A stretch of DNA of 64,000 bases. Source: Phyllobates terribilis (Eukaryota). The notes beneath the pieces are model-generated. The model had not been told where the DNA came from. It did no database searches and saw nothing but the letters and a program-made list of their open reading frames with translations. The position numbers and the translations under genes were made by a program. Positions 42,818 to 55,846 of the stretch are shown one piece after another. Position 1 is the stretch's first letter, and each line of letters begins with the position of its first letter. Location of the stretch: the NCBI RefSeq assembly GCF_046119375.1, contig NW_027362767.1, forward strand, positions 262,570,001 through 262,634,000, read 5' to 3'.

Positions 42818-43052
42818 TATATAGAGAGGCTGTCTGGGGGCTCAAGCTGTATATAGGGGGATGTCAGCACACTTAATTCTGCTCAATATTAAGTTATACA
42901 ATTAATATTAATTTAATCATTAATAATTAGAATTAACATGTTAATATTAATATTGAGCAGAATTATTTTCAGCCTCTCGGTTCGGCCCTCCACAACAGTC
43001 ACGGTCTCTCATGTGGCCCCTCGGGAAAATTAATTGCCCACCCCTGCCCTAA

Positions 43053-43895
43053 GGCTATGTGCCCACGATGCAGAAATGTTCAGGATTTTTTCCTGAGCGT
43101 TTCTGCATCTCCCTGGCAGAAAAAAACGCATGCGGATTGTACATGCGGATTGTACATGTGTTTTTCCTGCCAGGGACATGCGGATGTGAAGCGTTCTTCA
43201 CTTGCATTTCCGCATGCGGGTTGACAAGCGCTTTCCAAGCGATTTTAGCATCACTTGGAAAGTGTTTGACAACTTGGTCACACTGTATAAATCCATGCAA
43301 ACAGACCCGAGAGAATGTCAAAAAATAAAAATATACTTACCCTCCGATGGCCCGCGCTGTCTTGCTTCGCTCGGTCCCGGCTGCAGTACACTGAAGGACC
43401 TGCCGACGTCAGCGTCGCGTGACCCGTCACATGACTCTGACGTCAGCACAGATCCTTCATTCCATCGCGAAGTGCCGGGAAGCAAGGAGCGCAGCGCGGG
43501 CCGACAGAAGGTAAGTATACATTTATTTTATTCTTTTTTTTTACAGCTTTTTGGGTACCTGGGTGTGGATGAGACTCTCCTCTCCTCTACACCCGGGTAC
43601 CATCCGCACATTAGAACGCGCCAATTATGCAAGTACAGATGCAGTCTTGCGGAATTGGCGCGTTCTAATGCAAGTCAATGGCGGCGAAAACGCAGCATTT
43701 CCGCAAAATAATTGGTAGTGCTGCGTTTTTTTCCGCAATGATAATCCGCAGCGGAAACTTCCGCAGCATGTGCACAGCACATGTGGATTATCATTGGGGG
43801 ACATGGCAGGCCTTCTACCATGCGTTTTTTAAGCGTTTCTGCAGCGTTTTTGCCGCTGCGGAAACGCTTAAAAAACGCATCGTGGGCACACAGCC
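43053..43895 (+). mobile_element. Harbinger-type MITE (843 bp)
   Basis: TAA|ggctatgtgcccacgatg ... catcgtgggcacacagcc|TAA. Confidence 0.85.
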
Positions 43896-44287
43896 TAACT
43901 GTCTTACCTTGTATTGTTTTTATTGTCTGTATATATCCCCGTTTAATTGTAAAGTGCCACGGAATATGTTGGCACTATATAAATAAAATTATGGCTTGAG
44001 GAGGAAAACTGAAAATTTGATGCAGTAGGAAGATGTTAAAACTAATAAAATGTCCAAAAGAGTCACTGAATCACAGTCCTGCCAGTACAATGGGTCTCTA
44101 TGGGGTTATACTCTTTAAGGGTGTTACTCAGCACATCACAACTGGACAATATGGGAAGGAAATCCAAGAGCTAGGGCTAGATGAGTGATAAATCACAGCA
44201 CCCCCGACCTCCTGAGCGGCACTGCGCCCCCAATAGGTTATTATTTTAGGGTGACCCTAAAAGGAACGCTAAGGGTTAACCTCTCAC

Positions 44288-44600
44288 CTTCAAACAGCGC
44301 CGTCCGCGCAGCACGGAGACAGTCAGTGTCGTGAACCTACCGCAAATCAAGCAGTGCGTGTAAAGCCTCGTTCTGAAATCCTCATCCGTCCAATCGTCGC
44401 AGAGTACTAAGGATTCAAGCGCGCTGATTGGTCAGTTCTGTTCAGCCTAGGTAAGGCTCTGAAGTGTGTAGCGCATGCGCGGCTCAAACAGAAATTGAGT
44501 GACAGGCGGGAGAGGTAGAAGGCGACGAAGCGGAGCAGCCAATTGCACAAATGGCGACTGCCATGTGATTCTGAGGTGAAAAGCTAAAAAGTTAGAAGTT
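44288..44600 (-). promoter_or_regulatory. MRPL41: MRPL41 CpG-island promoter and non-coding exon 1; possibly bidirectional
   Basis: Minus-strand donor AAG|GTGAGA at 44288/44287; NRF1 palindrome GCGCATGCGC 44471-44480; CCAAT near 44427 and 44539; YY1-like AAATGGCG 44549; plus-strand donor TAG|GTAAGG at 44451. Confidence 0.7.
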
Positions 44601-45249
44601 AAAGCTTTAGAGGAATGAAAGTATTGATAGTGGAATGAGAATAAACGTTAACAATAGAAGAACTATGGATAAAGTTACATATGAGCGTAAATGGAAAGGG
44701 TGACAACAAATATGGCCGTTTTTAAGGCCTCCACAGGGGTTGTCAGCCCGAGTCCTGCATGGAAAATGTGTGGTGATGTATTATGGGAAATTGTCATTCA
44801 GGATTGTGGGCGAGCACGAAAATCGTCTCAGCAGTAATTGAGGCCATTTTGACCGTCATGGCGTTCTGCGTGTATTTTTACCTCGTTTTGCCGCCGTTGT
44901 AGCATACTTGTGTAATCACGGCGTGTGACATCACCTGTTGGCGGCGCTCACGTACATGTCCTGGTTTGCATTCTTACTGCTGGAAATTAGGTGCGGCACC
45001 TTCTATCGCCCTTTAGTTTGATACATTGAGCCCAAGTGGCAGCAATCGGTCCTTAGCTTGGAAGACTTATGGCGGGGAATCATCACGTCTGGTGTTTGCA
45101 CACCAGTTTTGATAGAGAGACCACTGGTGTAAAATGTACCAAATTCATTAGGCTGTACATGCATCATAATTAATTTTTGCTCATTCAGTCAGGCTAAGTC
45201 CACATATCCAGAAATCACCCATTAGAACAGATCCAGCAGCAATCCAGAG

Positions 45250-48200
45250 TGCTCACTCATACAAAGTACCAACAGAGTGCTCACTCAAACACTGAACACT
45301 CTGCTGTTACTGTGTATGAGCGAGCACTTTACCAATACTGTTTACGAGTGAGGACTCTGCCGATACTGTGTACAAGTAATTACTCTGCCAGTACAGTGTA
45401 TGAGCGAGCACTTTGCCGATACTGTGTATGAGCAAGCACTCTGCCAGTACAGTGTACGAGCGAGCACTTTACCAATACTGTATACGAGTGCATACTCTGC
45501 CAGTAGTGTACAAGCGAGCACTTTACCAATACTGTATATGAGCGAGCACTTTACCAATCCTGTATACGAGCGAGCACTTTGCCAGTACAGTGTACGAGCG
45601 AGCACTTTGCCGATACTGTGTACAAGCGAATACTTTACCAGTACTGTGTATGGCTGTGTACTCTGCCGTTACTGTTTACGTGCAAGTACTCTGCCGGCAC
45701 TGTGTACGAGCGGGCACTCTGCCGGCACTGTGTACGAGCGGGCACTCTGCCGGCACTGTGTACGAGCGGGCACTCTGCCGGCACTGTGTATGAGCAGGCA
45801 CTGTGTACGAGCGGGCACTCTGCCGGCACTGTGTACGAGCGGGCACTCTGCCGGCACTGTGTATGACTGAGTATCCTGCCCGGTACTGTGTAAGAGCGAG
45901 CACTCTGCCGGTACTGTGTAAGAGCGAGCAGAAACCTTGCACATCTAGACACTCACCCACTCTCTCACTCTATTCTACCACTGACATCCATATCTTCACT
46001 CCACGACACAGACAGCGCCACTGCTTTCTACAATGCCACTCTCGCATCAGCTATTGACTCGGTTGCCCCTCTTATGCATTGCAGAGCGCGACAAGTCAAT
46101 AGGCAACCCTTACACAACAACCTCACTAAACAGCTTCGGCAAGCGTCCAGGGTTGCGGAGCGGCGTTGGAAGAAAACACATTCTCAAGATGACTTCACTG
46201 CATTCAAATTAGCAACACTCACATTCAAATCAGCCCTCACCTCTGCTAAACAGGCCTACTTCACAACCCTCATATCTTCCTTATCCTACAACCCCAAACA
46301 GTTATTCAACACTTTCAACACCCTCCTCCACCCTCCACTGCCCCTTCCGACCTCTGTCATCTCTGCTGAGGAGTTTACCACACACTTCAAAAACAAAATT
46401 GACCAAACACGGCAAGTCTTTACTGTCCGACCACCACAACCCCTTTGTTTCCCAGACCATTGCCCTTCCCCCATAACCTCCCTTTCCAACATCAAGGAAG
46501 GAGACCTCACTCATCTCCTCTCCAAATCACACCTCACCACTTTTGCACTCGACCCCATCCCATCCCACCACACTCATCCCATCCCTAACCCATCTCTTCA
46601 ACCTATCACTAACTTCTGGTACCTTCCCCACTGCCTTCAAACATGCCACAATCACGCCCATCCTCAAAAAGCCATCCCTTGACCCAACCGCCTTGTCCAG
46701 CTACTGCCCCATATCGCTGCTCCCATTTGCCTCCATACTCCTTGAGCAACACGTTCACGCTGAACTTTCCTCCCATTTTTCATCTAACTCTCTATTCGAC
46801 AACCGACAATCCGGCTTCCGCCACCACCATTCCACCCAAACTGCCCTTACCAAAATTACTAGTGATTTACTTACAGCCAAACCTAACAGACAATTCTCTG
46901 TACTGCTTCTTCTTGACCTGTCCTCTGCCTTTGACACAGTTGACCACTGCCTCCTACTACAGATCCTCTTCCTTTGGTGTCAAAGACTTTGCCCTATCTT
47001 GGATCTCCTACCTTTCCAACCGCACATTTAGCGTCTCCCACTCCCACACTCTCTCCTCATCCCGCCCCCTCTCTGCTGGAGTCCCTCAAGACTCTGTCCT
47101 AGGACCCCTACTCTTCTCAATCTATACCCTTGGCCTGGGACAGCTCATAAAATTCCATGGCTTCTGATACCATCTATACATTGATGACACCCAGATCTAC
47201 ATCTCTGGCCCAGACGTCACCTCTCTGCTGTCCAGAATCCCAGCATGTCTAGCAGCCATATCCTCCTCCTTCTCCTCTCGCTTCCTCAAGCTCAATGTGG
47301 ACAAAACTGAACTCCTCATCTTTCCCCCATCTTGCGTATCTTCCCCACCTGATCTTTCTATTACAATAAATGACACCACACTTTGCCCAGTACCGGCAGT
47401 CTGCTGCCTCGGAGTAACCCTTGACTCTGCCCTGTCCTTCAAACCCCACATCCAAGCTCTCGCCACCTCCTGTCGCCTCCAGCTCAAAAATATTTCCAGA
47501 ATCCGTCTTTTCCTCAACCCTCACCCTCATTCTACTAAACTTCTTGTGCAGTTTGTACTCCTCCGCTACCTCCCTTTGCAAATCCCTTCACTGGCTCCCA
47601 ATTGCCCAGCGTATCCAGTTCAAACTACTAACACTGACCTACAAAGCCATCCATAACCTCTCTCCTCCGTACATCTGTGAACTAATCTCCCGATATATTC
47701 CCTCACATTATCTCCGGTCCTCCCAAGACCTCCTTCTCTCCTCCACACTTATTCGTTACTCATCCAATCGCCTCCAAGATTTCTCCCGAATATCCCCCAT
47801 CCTATGGAATTCTGTGCCTCAACAAGTCCGATTATCCGCCACATTTGGATCCTTCAGACGGAACCTGAAAACCCATCTCTTCAAACAAGCTTACAGCCTG
47901 CCATGACCTTGCTGCCACCTCAACAACAGCGGAGCTACTGCAGCCCCCCAACCTACTGTCTCCCTCCCCATCCTGTAGAATGTAATCCCACAAGGGCAGG
48001 GTCCTCTTCCCTCTGTACCAGTCTATCATTGTTAGTCATTTACTATAAGTAATATCTGTATTTGGTATGTAACCCCTTCTTATGTACAGCACCATGGAAT
48101 CAATGGCGCTATATAAATAAATAATAATAATTCTGCCACTGCCAGTACTGTGTATGAGTGAGCACTCTGCCGGTAGAGCACTCTTGCCAGTACTGTGTAT

Positions 48201-48810
48201 GAGCGAGCACTATGCCAGTACTGTGTATGAGTGAGCACTCTGCCGGTACTGTGTATCAGCAAGCTCTCTGCCGGTAGAGCACTCTTGCCAGTACTGTGTA
48301 TGAGTGAGCACTCTGCCACTACTGTGTATGAGTGAGCACTCTGCCGCTACTGTGTATGAGTGAGCACTCTGCCGCTACTGTGTATGAGTGTGCACTCTGC
48401 CGCTACGGTGTATGAGTGAGCACTCTGCCGCTACGGTGTATCAGCGAGCACTCTGCCGCTACGGTGTATCAGCGAACACTCTTGCCAGTACTGTGTAGGA
48501 CTGAGCACTCTGCCGGTACTGTGTACGAGCAAGCTGTTTGCAGGTACTGTGTAGGACTGAGCACCCTGCCAGTACAGTGTATCAGCGAGCACTCTTGCCG
48601 GTACAGTGTATGAGCGAGCACTCTTGCCGGTACAGTGTATGAGCGAGCACTCTTGCCGGTACAGTGTATGAGCGAGCACTCTTGCCGGTACAGTGTACGA
48701 TAGAGCTCTCTGCAGGTACTGTGTAGGACTGAGCACCCTGTCGTTACTGTGTATCAGCGAGCACTCTGCCGGTACTGTGTAGGGCTGAGCACACTGCCGG
48801 GACTCTGCTG
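45250..48810 (+). repeat. About 30-32 bp minisatellite (gagcactctgccggtactgtgtatgagc) in two blocks (45250-45930, 48131-48810) split by an L2
   Basis: Direct reading. Confidence 0.93.
45945..48130 (+). mobile_element. 5'-truncated, frameshifted L2-clade LINE with complete 3' end
   Basis: RVAERRWKK, DLSSAFDTVDH, GVPQDSVLGPLLFSIY, YIDDTQ, LHWLPIAQRIQFK; tail ggcgctatataaataaataataataa. Confidence 0.93.
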
Positions 48811-48849
48811 GTATAATCGCATCCTCCTCTCCATCTTTCTCCCGGTTTT

Positions 48850-49086
48850 CATCCCGATCTCAGCCCCAACGTATCAGTGAGCGGGTTCCAGCCTGCGCTC
48901 TACCAAGTAGCTCGATGGGTGGGGGGGCGGTACCGGAAGTGCTCTTGGTGGATGCAGCACTGTGATTTGTCAGTGGTCTGTCCCCTAGCTGCCAATCCAC
49001 TGGAGGGAGCTCCAGTCATGTGACGAGTGTCAGGTGGGGAAGACACCGAGAGGAGGCAGGACTGACCGCTGTTTACGGGACCGCCG
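48850..49086 (+). promoter_or_regulatory. CpG-island promoter and non-coding first exon of an unidentified + strand gene (PNPLA7 expected from synteny, not demonstrated)
   Basis: GC box gggggcgg, ETS accggaagt, CCAAT, GTCATGTGAC 49015-49024, donor CCG|GTAAGT at 49087; no downstream coding exon recognised in the window. Confidence 0.55.
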
Positions 49087-49289
49087 GTAAGTGGTCGGGG
49101 CGGCGCTGAGTGCAGGAGGCCGGTGTCATTACACACGGTGATAGCTGCCATTGTGGCCGGGCATGTGTGCGTGTGTGTAAGGCCGGAGGCCATAGGGAGT
49201 GCGGACAGTGCAGGAGCCAAGGGCCCCGGTGACACCAGCAGCTCCCGCAGTTACCAGGGCAGGATGTGCGCGGCCGGCAGGACTCATAG

Positions 49290-52135
49290 CTGGTGTATCT
49301 GTATACACTGCACTGTGAGATATCTGTATACTGCGACGTGTCTGTATACACTGCACTGTGAGATATCTGTATACACTGCACTGTGAGATATCTGTATACT
49401 GCGACGTGTCTGTATACGCTGCACTGTGAGATATCTGTATACACTGCACTGTGAGATATCTGTATACTGCGACGTGTCTGTATACACTGCACTGTGAGAT
49501 ATCTGTATACTGCGACGTGTCTGTATACACTGCACTGTGAGATATCTGTATACTGCGACGTGTCTGTATACACTGCACTGTGAGATATCTGTATACTGCG
49601 ACGTGTCTGTATACACTGCACTGTGAGATATCTGTATACTGCGACGTGTCTGTATACACTGCACTGTGAGCTATCTGTATACTGCGACGTGTCTGTATAC
49701 TCTGCACTGTGAGATATCTGTATACTGCGGCGTGTCTGTATACGCTGCACTGTGAGATATCTGTATACTGCGACGTGTCTGTATACGCTGCACTGTGAGA
49801 TATCTGTATACTGCGACGTGTCTGTATACGCTGCGCTGTACGATATCTGTATACTGCGACGTGTCTGTATACGCTGCGCTGTACGATATCTGTATACTGC
49901 GACGTGTCTGTATACGCTGCACTGTGAGATATCTGTATACTGCGACATGTCTGTATACACTGCACTGTGAGATATCTGTATACTGCGACGTGTCTGTATA
50001 CACTGCACTGTGAGATATCTGTTTACTGCGACGTGTCTGTATACACTGCACTGTGAGATATCTGTATACTGCGATGTGTCTGTATACGCTGCGCTGTACG
50101 ATATCTGTATACTGCGACGTGTCTGTATACGCTGCACTGTGAGATATCTGTATACTGCGACGTGTCTGTATACGCTGCACTGTGAGATATCTGTATACTG
50201 CGACGTGTCTGTATACGCTGCACTGTGAGATATCTGTATACACTGCACTGTGAGATATCTGTATACTGCGACGTGTCTGTATACACTGCACTGTGAGATA
50301 TCTGTATACTGCGACGTGTCTGTATACACTGCACTGTGAGATATCTGTATACTGCGACGTGTCTGTATACACTGCACTGTGAGATATCTGTATACTGCGA
50401 CGTGTCTGTATACACTGCACTGTGAGATATCTGTATACTGCGACGTGTCTGTATACACTTCACTGTGAGATATCTGTATACTGCGACGTGTCTGTATACA
50501 CTGCACTGTGAGATATCTGTATGCTGCGACGTGTCTATACGCTGCGCTGTACGATATCTGTATACTGCGACGTGTCTGTATGCGCTGCGCTGTACGATAT
50601 CTGTATGCTGCGACGTGTCTATACGCTGATCTGTACGATATCTGTATGCTGCGACGTGTCTATACGCTGCGCTGTACGATATCTGTATGCTGCGACGTGT
50701 CTATACGCTGCGCTGTACGATATCTGTATACTGCGACGTGTCTGTATACGCTGCACTGTGAGATATCTGTATACTGCGACGTGTCTGTATACGCTGCACT
50801 GTACGATATCTGTATACTGCGATGTGTCTGTATACGCTGCGCTGTACGATATCTGTATACTGCGACGTGTCTGTATACGCTGCGCTGTACGATATCTGTA
50901 TGCTGCGACGTGTCTATACGCTGCGCTGTACGATATCTGTATGCTGCGACGTGTCTATACGCTGCGCTGTACGATATCTGTATGCTGCGACGTGTCTATA
51001 CGCTGCGCTGTACGATATCTGTATGCTGCGACGTGTCTATACGCTGCGCTGTACGATATCTGTATGCTGCGACGTGTCTATACGCTGCGCTGTACGATAT
51101 CTGTATGCTGCGACGTGTCTGTATACGCTGCGCTGTACGGTGTCTGTATGCGCTGCGCTGTACGATATCTGTATACTGCGACGTGTCTGTATGCGCTGCG
51201 CTGTACGATATCAGTATACTGCGACGTGTCTGTATACGATGCGATGTACGATATCTATAGTGCGGCATGTCTGTATGCGCTGCACTGTACAATATCTATA
51301 GTGCGACGTGTCTGTATGCGCTGCGCTGTACGATATCTGTATACTGCGACGTGTCTGTATGCGCTGCGCTGTACGATATCTGTATACTGCGACGTGTCTA
51401 TGCGCTGCGCTGTACGATATCTGTATACTGCGACGTGTCTGTATGCGCTGCGCTGTACGATATCTGTATGCTGCGACGTGTCTATACGCTAATCTGTACG
51501 ATATCTGTATGCTGCGACGTGTCTACGCTGCGCTGTACGATATCTGTATGCTGCGACGTGTCTATACGCTGCGCTGTACGATATCTATGCTGCGACGTGT
51601 CTATACGCTGCGCTGTACGATATCTGTATACTGCGACGTGTCTGTATACGCTGCGCTGTACGGTGTCTGTATGCGCTGCGCTGTACGATATCTGTATACT
51701 GCGACGTGTCTGTATACGCTGCGCTGTACGATATCTGTATGCTGCGACGTGTCTATACGCTGCGCTGTACGATATCTATACGCTGCGCTGTACGGTGTCT
51801 GTATGCGCTGCGCTGTACGATATCTGTATACTGCGACGTGTCTGTATACGCTGTGCTGTACGATATCTGTATACTGTGACGTGTCTGTATACGATGCGAT
51901 GTACGATATCTATAGTGCGGCATGTCTGTATGCGCTGCACTGTACAATATCTATACTGCGACGTGTCTTTATGCGCTGCGCTGTACGATATCTGTATACT
52001 GCGACGTGTCTGTATATGCTGCGCTGTTTGATATCTGTATACTGCGACGTGTCTGTATGCGCTGCGCTGTATGATATCTGTATACTGCGACGTGTCTGTA
52101 TGCGCTGCGCTGTACGATATCTGTATACTGTGATA
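49290..52135 (+). repeat. 41-43 bp CpG-containing minisatellite (about 66 units)
   Basis: Left unit tgcactgtgagatatctgtatactgcgacgtgtctgtatacac; right unit tgcgctgtacgatatctgtatactgcgacgtgtctgtatacgc. Confidence 0.97.
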
Positions 52136-52218
52136 TATTGTACAATAAGCTGACTCCATATACACTGCTGGACAGAGTCGATGTATACACCATTTTGTAA
52201 GGCCGTTGTATAAAGTGA

Positions 52219-52488
52219 TGGCACAGTGGTTAGCACTGCAGCCTTGCAGCGCTGAGGTCCTGGGTTCAAATCCCACTAAGGACAACATCTGCAAGGAGTT
52301 TGTATGTTCTCCCCTTGTTTGTGTGGGTTTCCTCCGGGGTTTCCTATTTCCTCCCACACTCCAACGACATATTGATAGGGAATTTTGATTGTGAGCCCCA
52401 ATGGGGACAAGTGCCCATAATGTCTGTAAAGCGCTGTGGAATTAATGGCGCTATATAAGTGAGTAAAATAAATAAAAAATAAATAAAT
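52219..52488 (+). mobile_element. tRNA-derived V-type SINE with L2-like tail
   Basis: A-box-like tggttagc, B-box GGTTCAAATCC 52263-52273, V-core atctgcaaggagtttgtatgttctcccc...gtgggtttcctccgg, tail gtaaagcgctgtggaattaatggcgctatataa plus A-rich end. Confidence 0.85.
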
Positions 52489-54180
52489 ACGTGATATCAG
52501 TAATTAGGCTAAATAGGTGTAATTCAAGATCAAAGGCTCCTTCATCCCAGAGGACGTGGCTTGTGTAGAGGCCATGTATAGGGGCTGTGTATAGGCGCCG
52601 TGCTCTGTGGGATTGTTGCTCCATGTAGTGATTTCCAGCAGGTGGTAAAATACTTGGAAGCCAAATTGAATGACTGTATAAGATCTTTCCTAGACATCAG
52701 GCATTGGTGTGAGATCTTGGGGTGCTTTAGGCACCTGTCTGCCTGTTTGTGCATATACTGCACACTGTATAGTAATGGCTGCTCCTACCTAGAACTGCGG
52801 GGTAGTGTGTCACATTACCAATCTCGGGGTCACATAGGTATAAGGCGCCATTTTCCTGGGCGATGGGTTGTTCTTTTAGTAATAATGATGGTGTGGTTAG
52901 TATAGTGGTGGGGCAATGCTATTGAGTGCGATGAATTCCTTTGTGCTTTTTTATTTTCCTTGGTGGATTAATTATTGAGCAGTGACTGGAGAGAGCATAT
53001 GGTCAGAAGCGAGGTGATTAGATAATGTGTGAATGTGCCGCTCCTGCTAAGCGCTGGATGTCCTTTCCACCCCTCTGCTTTTCCTAATACCGGACGTGAT
53101 GTTATGGATGGTAATGCCGTAGCTGTGTTAGCTGACAGTATGTATACGTAGGAGCATTGTCTGACTGCACAGACTCTCCACAATTTGTTGTCCACTGTTA
53201 CTTAGGCTACTTTTTTGAGTTGGATTAAAATCTCACATGTCTGTGACAGATACCCTTACTTTTCTTCTGTGGGTGTGCAGCAGATTTACATGGGGATTTG
53301 CCCCATTGTCACTCAGTGGGGCTAATCCTTTTACGTTTCATCATAAAATAACGTGATATTCCACTTTTTTTTTTCAATATTAGGTACTTTTCTTTCACCA
53401 CACTGCCAGAAATTCAGTGATCCCCATTCACATGTGTGGGATGCAGATTATACTCGGATCTAGCACTGACCCTTCAGCGGCGCTTCCCATCTTTGTTTGC
53501 GGTTGCCTTTTAGCAATCATTAGCTGCAGTGGTCAAGTGCTGTGTTACTGGCCCCGCTGCTCCCATCTCTGAGCAGTAATGGCAAATGATTGTTGGAACC
53601 AAACGCTGTCTGTATGTGAACATAGACCGGCAGCACCACTGAGGGGTCATCACTGGATTGTGAGTCAAATGTATTCCCGCTTTTTTTTTTTTTTAACAAT
53701 ACTTTTTTATTGGGTTTAACAAAGCAAACAAATCTTACAAACATAACTATTAGTATATTAACTGGGGAAAGGAAGGGCAAAGCAATAGACATTTTTATTG
53801 GGGTGAAAATCCAGTCGAATAATGAGGGGGAAGAGGAGTCATAACTACTAAAGCGATCAGGAATTGACCGATAAATGTGAAAACAAAAAAAAACAATTGT
53901 ACATGAAATTGAGTGCTTAGGATAAATGAAATGTTGCCAACTGCTTGATAGGTAACATTATCTAGGAGGAAATTAGATAAACCAAAGATTTAGATCAAAG
54001 AAGTCACACCTTTTTTATTCCAAAGGGAACAATTTTTCCTCATATTTCAAAATATTGTCATTCTTAAAGGGAACCTGTCACGTCCTAGTCACTATTATCA
54101 CTGCTCCCATAGCGTTGTTAGTGATGCAATGTGCATCACTAACAAGCTGTTTTCATGAAAATCGGTGATGGGATAATCTA

Positions 54181-55683
54181 TCTATATAATTGTTTTATCC
54201 CGTCTGTCGGTCTGTCTGTCCAGGAAATCCCGCGTCGCTGATTGGTCCGGCCGCGGCCAATCAGCGACGCGGCATTTCACAAAAAGATGGCGGCCGTTAG
54301 CGGCTGAAATGCCGCACGGAGGTGAGCGGCGATGCAGCCGGGAGATGAAGCCGGCTTCTCGCAGCATACGTCCCCCGACCGGAGGCGCCGCTGACCCCCA
54401 TGCGGCTACTGTCGGGACATCAGCGGCTATGGCCGCTTATCTCCGNNNNNNNNNNNNNNNNNNNNNNNNNNNNNNNNNNNNNNNNNNNNNNNNNNNNNNN
54501 NNNNNNNNNNNNNNNNNNNNNNNNNNNNNNNNNNNNNNNNNNNNNNNNNNNNNNNNNNNNNNNNNNNNNNNNNNNNNNNNNNNNNNNNNNNNNNNNNNNN
54601 NNNNNNNNNNNNNNNNNNNNNNNNNNNNNNNNNNNNNNNNNNNNNNNNNNNNNNNNNNNNNNNNNNNNNNNNNNNNNNNNNNNNNNNNNNNNNNNNNNNN
54701 NNNNNNNNNNNNNNNNNNNNNNNNNNNNNNNNNNNNNNNNNNNNNNNNNNNNNNNNNNNNNNNNNNNNNNNNNNNNNNNNNNNNNNNNNNNNNNNNNNNN
54801 NNNNNNNNNNNNNNNNNNNNNNNNNNNNNNNNNNNNNNNNNNNNNNNNNNNNNNNNNNNNNNNNNNNNNNNNNNNNNNNNNNNNNNNNNNNNNNNNNNNN
54901 NNNNNNNNNNNNNNNNNNNNNNNNNNNNNNNNNNNNNNNNNNNNNNNNNNNNNNNNNNNNNNNNNNNNNNNNNNNNNNNNNNNNNNNNNNNNNNNNNNNN
55001 NNNNNNNNNNNNNNNNNNNNNNNNNNNNNNNNNNNNNNNNNNNNNNNNNNNNNNNNNNNNNNNNNNNNNNNNNNNNNNNNNNNNNNNNNNNNNNNNNNNN
55101 NNNNNNNNNNNNNNNNNNNNNNNNNNNNNNNCCTCCTGTCCCTCCCCCTGCTCGCTCAGGACCCCGGCGCCATACTTACCCCTCCCCTCTCACACAGCGG
55201 GAACATGCGGGCTACGCTGGAGTCTAGAGGTGCAGCTGACAAGTGAGGTGAGTATTGGATTTTTTTTTGTTTTTTTATTGTATGGGGCCATAGGGCATTA
55301 AATGGTGGGGTGGGGAAGTGTGACATCGTGGAGGGGCCATTATAAGGGAAGGGGGATGTGACATCCTGCATGGGGTATTATATAGGGGGGGATGTGACAT
55401 CCTGCATGGGGTATTATATAGGGGGGATGTGACATCCTGCATGGGGCATTATAAGGGAGGGGGGGATGTCACATCCTGCATGGGGCACTATGGGGGGATG
55501 TGACATCCTGCATGGGGTATTATAAGGGAGGGGGGATGTCACATCCAGCATGGGGCATTATAACGGACGGGGGATGTGACATCCTGCATGGTGCATTATA
55601 TGGGGGGGGGGGGGGTGGGAGTCACATCCTGCATGGGGCATATTCTAGAATACCCGATGCGTTAGAATCGGGCAACCATCTAG
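54181..55683 (+). mobile_element. Non-autonomous Helitron-like element spanning a gap, with an internal minisatellite at about 55300-55640
   Basis: A|TCTATATAAT 5' end; 3' hairpin cccgat-gcgttaga-atcggg then CTAG|T; no TSD. Confidence 0.7.
54446..55131. other. Assembly gap (686 N)
   Basis: N run. Confidence 1.
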
Positions 55684-55846
55684 TGATGTTATAACGTTTT
55701 ATATACTTTGTCCTACCTGCTGTATTCCCTCATAGGGGTGTGATTCTCAGATTCAGTCATGGGCAGCACCTCATTCAATCAGTGCTGGTGCCACCCATGA
55801 GATTTGAATAACGCTTGCCAGGCGCAGTATGTTTGTGGGGCGCATG

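Larger units (their letters stand above)
40653..43046 (+). mobile_element. Non-autonomous hAT element carrying internal minisatellites and TR copy B
   Basis: Ends CAGACATGGGCAA / TTGCCCACCCCTG; 8-bp TSD CCCTAACT is recovered after removing the MITE at 43053-43895. Confidence 0.75.
39855..43990 (+). mobile_element. L2 3'-end fragment split into 39855-40287 and 43899-43990 by nested insertions
   Basis: ctccaagacttc...aaaaacccatctctttaaacaagc...gcgagcaggaccctcactcct, resuming as ctgtcttacc...gtaaagtgccacggaatatgttggcactatataaataaaattat. Confidence 0.75.

Noticed and set aside
52219-52290. tRNA gene
   Set aside because: A/B boxes belong to a SINE head followed by a V-core and LINE tail; no cloverleaf 3' end
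49073-52357. Cys/Arg/Tyr-rich ORFs of 250-477 aa on both strands
   Set aside because: Translations of the 41-43 bp repeat
54309-55301. 330-aa and 275-aa ORFs
   Set aside because: Run through 686 N
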